Shown here: piece after piece, positions 27,898-37,700 of the stretch
Layout: every line of letters begins with the position of its first letter
Numbering within the stretch: position 1 is the stretch's first letter
Source of the DNA: a virus
Lineage: Duplodnaviria > Caudoviricetes
Direction: 5' to 3' (one strand)
Length of the DNA stretch: 64,000 nt
Virus record (IMG/VR): IMGVR_UViG_3300043391_000675
Coordinates: 26,006 to 90,005 of that record
Program-made: the position numbers and the translations under genes
Notes under the pieces: model-generated
The model's database searches: none
Seen by the model: the letters and a program-made list of their open reading frames with translations, nothing else
What the model was told of the DNA's origin: nothing

Positions 27898-30800
27898 TTA
27901 GATCGCTCTACACGAAACTGTGGTAGTTACCCCTTCCGAATACTCTAATGAGCACCTTGTTATTATGTATTTATCGCTGGTTTCTGTCATTCCCAGAATG
28001 GGATAATTTATAGTAACAATATCTCCAGCGGAAAGAATTGGGTTTCCAAAAACTGTCATGTCTATGAACTTTCCTTTATTTAAGCTATTAGATTTAATCC
28101 ATTCAGCCAAGGCTTTTGCATCTTCTTGTGTTTGAATCCATGAAGAGTCAAATACAACAGACTCTTTATTTTCTGAATCCGTGGACTGATCTGTATCATA
28201 ATCTATTGCTCCAGAACGCTGAATCTTGTTTCCAAGGATGTATAGGCTGGTGTAATTATTATCGTGAAGAACTACTGAAGTAGATGTATTATTTAATAAA
28301 TAGGCTTCGGCAGAAAATGGCTGTAGTCTTTGGTCTAATACTGTTACAAATTTATTGTTTGCGGTTCTAACCTGAATTGGAACTGCAGGCCTATCCTGAT
28401 AAGATTCTTTCACTTTTCTTATTTCTCTTCCGATAGTACCAAATTCATATAGAGATCCTGATTGATCTGCAACATCCTTGCCGTTATTATATATTAAATC
28501 TCCGTACAGCATTGATAAAGTGTCATCTGCGTACAAACCATTATACTGGTAAGCCTTGCTTGAATTTTTTGTTTTATAAGTTGGCTCATCAATGCTCTTG
28601 GCATATACGAATTCAAAGTAAGCAATGCCCTGGCCGCAATGTAGGCCTATGTTTTTTGTAATAGAAGTTGGAGGAATATAATCATTTACAGAATCAGATC
28701 CTGAATCAACTGCTGTTATCTTATACCCATTTATAAAAGCAGTAATAGTATTTTTAAATGTACCCCCAGATACAGATTCCCTTTTAACAAGGACGTCGAC
28801 TGAGTATGAGCTTCCTGCATATATACCAGACATTGTTTTTGTAGATGTCTGCTGGCTATCTTTTAAAACAGTTAGCTTATTGTTTAAAACTTTTACAATC
28901 ATAATATCTTTTTGCAAGCCAGCGAACGCAGTAGTACGAATTAGAATATAATATCCGTTTTTACCAGTTGAATCAAGACAGAATCCGATGCCGCCGACTT
29001 GTTCTGGGCTTACATCTTGACTGTCAAAAAACATTCTTGTTCCGCAAGACATGTATGAATCAGATGTATTAATTGAATTAAATGGCTTTACTACAATATC
29101 AAAAGTCTTCTTATCTTTGTCTAAGTTAGATACCGTAAGAAAGCTTTTTGATACAGTTTCTCCTGAAGTTCTTGCTGGAGAAGTTACTGATCCAACTCCT
29201 GGGACTAGCTTAGCAACATCAGGTGTGGCTAGCGTAATATTGTATTTGTTAAATTTATTTGAATCTGTTTCTCCAGCACCATTAACATAGGATCCCAAAG
29301 TTTTTTTGTGTATGGACTTAGAGGTAGATAAGGCACCCCTTGTTTTAATATTATATTCTCCTGTTGGGTAGAAATTTTTATATCCTGGTTTTTTCAAAGC
29401 CTCGTACTTCCATATATCCGATTGGCTTTTAATCAAAACGGGAATAGGCACACTGCCTCCTGCTGGAACGTATTGATACCATAAGCCATCATACTCAATA
29501 ATTTCTCCGTTAATCATAACATAACCGCTGAATGCATCAAGTACCTTGTCTGGTCTTGCTGAGTTTATTGTGTTTGGGCTTAGCTGAAATACTGTAGTGT
29601 CATCATTAATATCTGTAGATAGTGATCCAGCTCCAAGAAATGAATCTTCAGAGGTCCAAAGTGGTGAACTTGAAGTGCTGTTTGCTGCAACAAATGCTGT
29701 AGCGTATCTTACTCTAACCTGGTTTGCAGAAAATATTTCTCTCGAAGACAGTTTTATTATGTTAGGAGCATACGTAACTGTTTGCCCAGTTTTAATTTCT
29801 TCGCTTGTAAATGTCCAAGATGGAGTTGCAGATTTGTCATAGATTAAATTTCTGCTATAAAAATTTAACACATTGTTTTCATCAACAAATGCGTTCATCT
29901 GAATATCTCTACACAATTCTTGCAATACATCCCATACGGTTTTATCTCCATCAGACCACCAATAAGATAAAGATGGAATTGAATTGTCATCAATAACACC
30001 ATTTGTTCTTTTAACATTAATCTTGTAGTTAGAGAATCCAACAGAGTCTAGAACTCTTTTTATAATTGCTGTTATTGGTGAATCTTGAACTAGTAACTGT
30101 GGACATAAAGTATCTTGCAATATCTTAGCTGCATCTGTTGCCTCAACAGAAGCATCTCCAAATTCAGATATGGACCATGAGTTAACATAGAAAGTTCCTT
30201 GCACAGTTTTTTGTGAGGATGTTCCATCTCCAATGTTAACATGAGGCTTAATAACTGCATTCTTAAATAGATATATCTTTGTGTTATCTATAGTATTCTT
30301 TACATTGTATTCAACAATGGATCTTGAAGTTGTATGTGGCTTCATTAATGACATGCTTAAATAGTTTGCTGTAATTATTCCAACTGGAACAATTGATCCG
30401 TCATCTGCTGATGTTTCTTTGTTAATAATAAAGCTTACTATGTCTGAATCAATTGGAAGAACCCATCTTGGGCTAAATTCAATTACACCAATTAACTTGC
30501 CCGTATTTGAATTAACTGCAGTTAAAGATATCTTCTTTAGATACTGAGTTGTAGTATATGTAGTAGGTTCTGTTGTTGACCAAGTAGTTCCATTGTAATA
30601 TATTACTGCTTCCCCGCTTGAATTAAGCGTAGTGCCAGAGGCAGTTATTGTTGTGTTATCCTGCTTAACTCCGCTTATTGTCCAGGAGGTGGGTGTGTCG
30701 TGGCTAGTTTCAAACCTAGCAATGATCTTGTTGGCAGGAACTAACTTTGCTACAGTCTTTGCTTCATCTGAAAAGTATTCTAGTGAAAGGTTTATATTTG

Positions 30801-31167
30801 TATTCTTAGGGGCAAGCCAATATTTGTACACCATATCTGGTCCAGGATAATACAGTCTAGGCTTTGTTCCAAGAGATATGTCGCGGGGTGGTTCAAAAGA
30901 GTTTACAGGTGTATCTGTATTATTAGTTGTATTAATTAAATACTTAATACCTGGGGCTAATGGTCTAAATGGTTTATATATTGTATCTATTGGGAATAGC
31001 TTCTTAAAAGCATTTGAATAAGCATGGACTATATTTTCTGGAATAGTTGTTGGCTTTATATATTCAACCATAGAATTTAGGTTATATTCCATTACGGCAC
31101 CAGCCGAAGTTGAAATAGAATATCCCTTTTTAAGTAAATCTTTAGTTGCGTCTGATACCGTTATCAT
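27898..31167 (-). CDS. Large minor tail (hub/baseplate) protein
   Basis: 1089 aa downstream of tape measure and Dit-like genes; hub-like WDVLQELCRD...FVDENNVLNFY and C-terminal WIQ...GNP.L..GD.V. Confidence 0.75.
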   Translation of the reverse strand: MITVSDATKDLLKKGYSISTSAGAVMEYNLNSMVEYIKPTTIPENIVHAYSNAFKKLFPIDTIYKPFRPLAPGIKYLINTTNNTDTPVNSFEPPRDISLGTKPRLYYPGPDMVYKYWLAPKNTNINLSLEYFSDEAKTVAKLVPANKIIARFETSHDTPTSWTISGVKQDNTTITASGTTLNSSGEAVIYYNGTTWSTTEPTTYTTTQYLKKISLTAVNSNTGKLIGVIEFSPRWVLPIDSDIVSFIINKETSADDGSIVPVGIITANYLSMSLMKPHTTSRSIVEYNVKNTIDNTKIYLFKNAVIKPHVNIGDGTSSQKTVQGTFYVNSWSISEFGDASVEATDAAKILQDTLCPQLLVQDSPITAIIKRVLDSVGFSNYKINVKRTNGVIDDNSIPSLSYWWSDGDKTVWDVLQELCRDIQMNAFVDENNVLNFYSRNLIYDKSATPSWTFTSEEIKTGQTVTYAPNIIKLSSREIFSANQVRVRYATAFVAANSTSSSPLWTSEDSFLGAGSLSTDINDDTTVFQLSPNTINSARPDKVLDAFSGYVMINGEIIEYDGLWYQYVPAGGSVPIPVLIKSQSDIWKYEALKKPGYKNFYPTGEYNIKTRGALSTSKSIHKKTLGSYVNGAGETDSNKFNKYNITLATPDVAKLVPGVGSVTSPARTSGETVSKSFLTVSNLDKDKKTFDIVVKPFNSINTSDSYMSCGTRMFFDSQDVSPEQVGGIGFCLDSTGKNGYYILIRTTAFAGLQKDIMIVKVLNNKLTVLKDSQQTSTKTMSGIYAGSSYSVDVLVKRESVSGGTFKNTITAFINGYKITAVDSGSDSVNDYIPPTSITKNIGLHCGQGIAYFEFVYAKSIDEPTYKTKNSSKAYQYNGLYADDTLSMLYGDLIYNNGKDVADQSGSLYEFGTIGREIRKVKESYQDRPAVPIQVRTANNKFVTVLDQRLQPFSAEAYLLNNTSTSVVLHDNNYTSLYILGNKIQRSGAIDYDTDQSTDSENKESVVFDSSWIQTQEDAKALAEWIKSNSLNKGKFIDMTVFGNPILSAGDIVTINYPILGMTETSDKYIITRCSLEYSEGVTTTVSCRAI

Positions 31168-31757
31168 ACCTGCTCCAGGGATATATTAACACTCCAGAAG
31201 GGCTGTAAGCCTCTTTTAACGACAGTAAAATCACATGATGTAAACATTACAGTGTATGTGTAATCATCGGCTAAAGCCCCGCCTGACTCCTCTATTAACT
31301 CTGTAGAAAAGACTGTAGGGTTTAGTTTAATACGAAATGCTCCACGGCCTGCAGCGCTTTCGTAAAAGGCTTTTAAGTCTTCTGCGCCCCAGCCACCATC
31401 GACTGTTTCGTTTCTAAAAGACGGAACCATTTCCCAAGATGCGGATACATTTAATTTATCTGCAATAAAATATTTTCTTAATGTTCCATTTGACATTCTT
31501 TGGCCAGATTCAATTCTTTCAACATTTAATGAAAGAGGTGCTCTATTATGCTCAGTAACTCTTCTAAATTTTGTTGCAGTTGTTTTATTACTATACGCCA
31601 GCCCATTTCTATTTGCAGTTGTAGCGTCATATGTATTTCCTGGTGCAGTAATAGTTGTACCTTTATAATCAAATTGATTATTAGCTGGATCAATTGCAAA
31701 TGGGTCTAATGCTTCTATATATAGGATTGATCCTTTTGATAAGTTTTGGAAACTCAT
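31164..31757 (-). CDS. Distal tail (Dit-like) protein
   Basis: Directly after tape measure; RMSNGTLRKYFIADK...W.VNISLEQV. Confidence 0.65.
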   Translation of the reverse strand: MSFQNLSKGSILYIEALDPFAIDPANNQFDYKGTTITAPGNTYDATTANRNGLAYSNKTTATKFRRVTEHNRAPLSLNVERIESGQRMSNGTLRKYFIADKLNVSASWEMVPSFRNETVDGGWGAEDLKAFYESAAGRGAFRIKLNPTVFSTELIEESGGALADDYTYTVMFTSCDFTVVKRGLQPFWSVNISLEQV

Positions 31758-34700
31758 GGTCTACCAACCTTTCTATTTACTCCAGCAGCCATTTCTCTAA
31801 GTCTCATTTCTTTATGAATTGAAGCGGCAACATCATCTGCTGTAAGATTGGTTCCACTTAAAGATACATTTATATTATACAATGAGCTTGAAGAGGAAGC
31901 AAGACCGCCTTCGTTAAATTTTACCCTGCCACCGCTTGACATCTTTGGAACATTATAACTAACCATTCCGCCAGAAGCCATTTTATTAATATTGTCTAAC
32001 ATAGGTACGCCAGCTGCTTGGACTGCTTTTGCACTAATTACGTATTCACCATTTGAAAGCATAGCTGGAATTGAATCAGATGTTGCACTGCCAGGACCTG
32101 ATATATATCCTCCATAAGCTTTTTTAATTCTCTTTCCCATTGTTTTTGTTTTTTCGTCCCATGGACGGATATCAACACCATTGTTATCACTTACATAGGT
32201 TTGTCCATTATATTTAAACTTGTACCATGTCTGATCGTTTATGCTAACCATTGTTCCTTGGCCTTTAGAATAAGCTGATTTGAATCCATCAAATACAGTT
32301 TTGCCAGTTCCTGTTTGAGCTTTATCTGGGCCGAACTCTACAGTTCCTTTAGGAGGTGTGCCTGGGGCTTTTCCAAGTGCTACCAAAAGATCGGCACGAA
32401 GCTTAGCCAAGGTTACTCCTCCAGTAATTGAAGTTGCTAGTTTTTCTACGGCAGCTAAGTCTTTTTGGAATACATCAAGTGCTCCTCCGCTAATTCCAGT
32501 TGAAAATACTGGCTTTCCTTTTGCATCAAATCCAGTTGGAGATCCAGTTGGCGCTGTTACTGCAATAGGCTTTCCAGTCTTTGGATCGAAGTACCCACCG
32601 AATGCATCCCGAACTGTTTTTGCAGATAGTCCAGATCCAGATCCAGATTTTTGAATCTCTTTTACTAATGCTATTAACTCTGCAGTAATTTTTGCTTGCT
32701 CTGCGGCCTTTTCTTTTTCAGGAAGTAGTCTTGAGCTTATTGCTCTAGTGCTTAAATCATTGTATCTTGTTTGGAATCCAGTAATGGTTGTGTTTATTTC
32801 ACCTGCAAGGGCTGCATTGTCCTGTTGTCCTTGAAGCGCTAAAGCTTTCTTATCTGATTTATTTTGTATAGACTCAGCATCTTTTTCCAAAGGAGCCTTT
32901 GCTTTGTTAGCTGCATCTTCAATTGCTTTTGAAGCAAGCTCGCTCTGTCTATTTGAAGTTAGCTGATCAATATCTATTCTTGCTCTTGCAGCTGTTGCCA
33001 TATCTCCACGAGCAACTGCATCAGCATATTCTATTTGAAGTTTTTGCAACTCTAATGCATAGTTTGATGCATCTTGAGTTGCTCTTAAAGATTCTAGCTT
33101 TTTGTTTTTTTCTTCTTCAATAAGTTTAATCTTTTTAGCAATTGCTTTTAGCTCTTCTTGTGCACTTCTTTGTGAAGCTGCAGCTGCTCTTTGAGAAGCA
33201 GCAGAATTTGCATTAATTGTCTTTTGCAATTTAGCCAAGGCTGCGCCTGTTTGTCCATATGTTGTAGCGCTGTCAGCAGCTTTAGTTAAATCCGAAATTC
33301 CAGTTCCTATTGCAGATGTAAATCCAGCTAATTTATTTGCTAATGTAGAATCAATCTTGCTTAAATCAATATTAATTCCAGATGTAAACAGCTTCCACTT
33401 GGCGAGTATGCCTTTAATTGTATCTGAAGAGTTTGTTATTGATGCAAGTAACGGCTGAGTCTTTTGAAGATTTTCATATGCATTTCTTCCAATTTCTTCA
33501 TTCATCTTTGGATTATTTGCTTCTGATTTTGACATAACTAATTGATAAGCTTCATACTCATCAATTACATTACCCAACTCATCTTTAGTTCCCACCAAAG
33601 CCGACGTTGCGTTTGAGAAAACATTTATTAATCCTTCAAATCCATTTCCAACTTCTTTGCCCCAGTCTGCAGTTCCTGCGCCACTGTTTAAAGTATTGAC
33701 TAAGTTTCCAACTGCAAACTCTGCAGCAGATGACTTGTCTACAATTGATCCAAACTGTACATCGGCTAAAACTTTGTAAGCCTGTGAAGCTTTTTTACTA
33801 TTTGCTAAAGCTCCATATATTTTTTTGTTTGCTTCTTCAATGCTCATTCCTCCAGCAACCATTTGTGCCTTTTGATTATTAAGCAATCTTTGCGTTTCTT
33901 CAGTACTGCCCGATCTATTTATAGACTCAATTAAATCCTTGAGTCCCTTACCTTCTTCTTTAGCTTTCTTCATGTCTTCTATAGATTGAGGTATACCAGG
34001 AATACCAATTGAATTGTTTGCAGATCCTTTAGCTGCTGCGCTCACTAGCTTTTGCTTATCTAAGTAGCCCTGCATTGTTTCTTTAAGATTAAAGTATTTT
34101 ATACCAGCTTGCTCTGCAGCTTTTGCTGTCATAGAAAGACCCATTGAAGCGTCTTGCTTTGCATCTTGATAGTCTTTATATACTTTAAATGCTAATCCAG
34201 CGGCTGTGATCGCTGCACCAACAAGCCCAAATGCTTTTGCAAATCTTAACACTTGTGCGCCCATTGCGGCTAGCTTTGCTGTTGCTCCAGTGACTCCTGT
34301 AATTCCAGCTTTAGCTGAGGCTGCTCCAGTTTTTATTGAACCAAACATTCTAGCATAAGGAATTGGCATTGAAAGAAGAGAAGATCCTATCATCAACCCC
34401 ATACCTGCTTGCATTCCAGACATGCTGCCAACTTTTTCCTGGTTCATTAAAGCCATTCCGCCCATTGACCCAGCCATACCAATTCCCATTTGAGCACCCA
34501 TGCCCATGCCGCCAGCTCTTTGTGGAACTCTTATGCCTTCTTTTTTTGCTTGTGCCGCAGTCATAGAGTTTCCGTTTACAAGGTATTCGGTTTTTCTCAT
34601 TCCCAGAGTTCCTACTTTTCTAGTCTGAACTCCATCTCCTGCATCTCTATACTGACCAATCATTCCTGGCCCAAATAGTCCTTGTGCTGGTGCTTGTCCT

Positions 34701-37700
34701 ACAGGATAATTCCTTGCGGCAAATGCGTTTTGCTCTCTAATAATTGCATTCTGTGCTCTATTGGCAAATTTTGTAATTGAGCTTTGAGCACTTTTTCCAA
34801 AATTTACAATCATTTCAGAAGATTTCTTATAACCATTTCCAACTTTATTAGCTGCTGCAAGCAGTTCAAGATTTAATCTTATAGATCCTTTTATTACAGA
34901 AGATGATACAGACGAGAATGCTGCTGATAGATATTGAGCTTTCATTGCTGCCGAATTTTTAAATGGGTCCATCATGTTGTTAACCATTACTTGTCCAGGA
35001 TTATAGAAGCTTGTTGTTCCAGTTCTTACCGCCTGTCTTCCTAGTCCGCTTGTTAATGCTTGCTGGCCAGTAATTTGTCTAGATGAAGCTCTAGATCTTT
35101 CTGCTGCAGCATCTCTTTCTGCCTGCTCACGTCGTTTAGCTTCCCACGCAGCTCTAGCTGCTGGGTTTCCTGGTCTCTGTGCACCTTTCTTTGCTCCATA
35201 AGCGCTTCTGCCTTTTTTAACTGGCCCACCACCAACTGGTCCTCCATCATTAAGGTATGTTGGGTTAGAGTGTACGGAATGATATTTACTCCAATCAACC
35301 TCTATTCCATCATCCAACCTTTTGAGCATTGCTTGATAAGGTGGTCTAAGATCTACAGGTAGATCATTTATTATTTTTACCAATTTTGGACGAGCATCTT
35401 CTAGAACCTTTTTCATCTTTCGACCATATTTTTTAGGGCTCATTTTAGCAATTATTGGGGCAGTATCACGTGCAAAATCTTTTCTTGCTCCACCTTTAAC
35501 AGCAAGAAGATTGATCATTGCTTGTTTTTCCATAGAGTTCATTTCATCAGCTTTTGCAAGTGATGTGTTGCCAGATGCTGCTTTAAACACTCCAGCATTT
35601 CCAACATCTGGATTAAAGTTTCCATATACGTTTGATCTAGATAGATCTTTATTATTCATAAGAAGAGAGTTAGCAAGCTGTCTAATTATTGTGTCTTCTT
35701 CCCATGGCACATTAGTGTTTGCAAAGCGTGGGTCATAATCTGATTCTAGTGCAAGCAGCTTGCTTTTCTTTGATGGGTCTAATGGGTTGACAACTGTTCT
35801 AGCTGTTTGAACTGGAGATGATATTCCAAAAAGGTCTCTTGAAATTTGTGTGCCAATTGGCTCATGAACTGCAGTTAATTCATTAGGAACTCCTTTAACA
35901 AAAACCTTTTTCTTACCAACCTTATATAATCCAGATACACCAGGTACAGGATAACTCATTCCTGTACTTGCAGAAATTTGATGTCCATATTCAGTTACTG
36001 GTGTATCAGCAAACTTTCCTAGCGAGCTTCTTGAGCTTAATTCTCTTGCTTTTGCTAAAATCTTTAGTTGTTTTTCTGCAGGTAATAGTTTTAATAAAGG
36101 AGAAACGTTTCCATAATTTGATCTGCCTTTAGATATAGATCCTCCTGGAATCATTCCACCCATATTAAATGATCCAGCAAGTGCACCTAGTTTTGGTCTT
36201 GCATAAGAATTTCCCATTGCGAATAATCTTCCGCCAAGTGTTGTGATCATTTTAGAGTTAAAGCCCGATGCAGATTTCATTCTCGTCAAGGTAAGTTGTC
36301 TAATAATTTCCTTCATTGTTGTGGGGCCCGTAATTCCCAACTTAGCTTTAAGTTTTTTAATTCCTGCTATAAAGTTGCTCTTTGCTTCATCCTGAAATGG
36401 TGAAACTTCATCTAGAAAAACACCATCTGTACTTTGCTGTAACCAGTTGCCCATCTCGTTAAATGATTTCGCAAGCCCAGTAGATTGACCAACAAAATTA
36501 TTTGATCTGACTCCAGTAACATCAGCAAATTTGGCTGCTTCTGCTCTTGACATTCCTTCTTCAACAAGCAGGGCTTGCAACTCTCCTGGCTTAAATATTG
36601 AAGCAGATCTTTTTGCAGTCATAGTGTGAGATTTAGAAACTGGATCGGGTCCATCTGATACTCCGCCTAAAATTCCAAAAACTTTTTTTGCTTGAGCTGT
36701 AGTTAAAACTCCCTCTTTTATTAAATCGTCAATTACAGATTTCATTGCTCCTGTATATGTCTGAGGAGCTATAGCTTTCATACGAGCTGCTTTTGCACTT
36801 TGATCGTATTTATTTTTACTTGAATATTCATCTAGAATTAAGTTTGCACCTGGGAACTCTTTGCTTAATCTAATAAGTTGAGCTGTTCTTGCCTTTACAA
36901 ACTCTTCTGTTTTTCTTGTCCCATTTTTATTTGCTGCTTTTTTAGCATGCTCTGTTGCTGAATCATAATCTGCAGAAACTCTCTTTGTGGCATCTTTAAT
37001 ATCCATTCCAGTAAGCTGTGATAATATGGCAGCATCAGAAGCGACTGTTGCTGCTCTAATTACCTTTGGATAATCTTTAGAATTAACTAATCTTGCCCAT
37101 ATGGATAGATTGCTTTCTCTTCCATACCCATATGTACCTCTCATTATCTGACCACCAAAACTGTATCCATTATTAGCCGCATCGACTGCTGCATAAAGCT
37201 CGGGCATTCTTTGAATTTTTGGACCAAACACTGTTTCCTGTGGAGTTAATGCTGCTGTAATCTTTCCGCCGTTTTCATATGTAGCAGAAGCCATAGCAAC
37301 AAGTGGTGCGTTTTCTGGATCTAAAGATGCACCCTGGTTTAATACATATCCCCCAACAGGTACACTTCCAAGCCTATCGTCGTAGTTAATTGAAGACGGA
37401 CCAGAAACTGTTGTTCTACTTGGCCCGAACTCTTCAATTCCTCCACCATCTGCAAACTTAGGAATTCTTGTTGCCTGTATACTGTAAGGTGCTCCGAATG
37501 TTCTTACTCCACGAACTCTTCCAAACTCTTCCATTACAGCAGCGTTTGCTTTCTTTTTGTAAAGATCTCTTAAAGTAAATTGTCCGTTGGCATCTACAAC
37601 TGGTTGGTTCATCATAGGAGCTTTTGTTAAATCTATAGATCTTCCTTTACTAGCTGCGTACATGCTGACAGCGGACCCCATGTCTGCTTCTATCTGTGCA

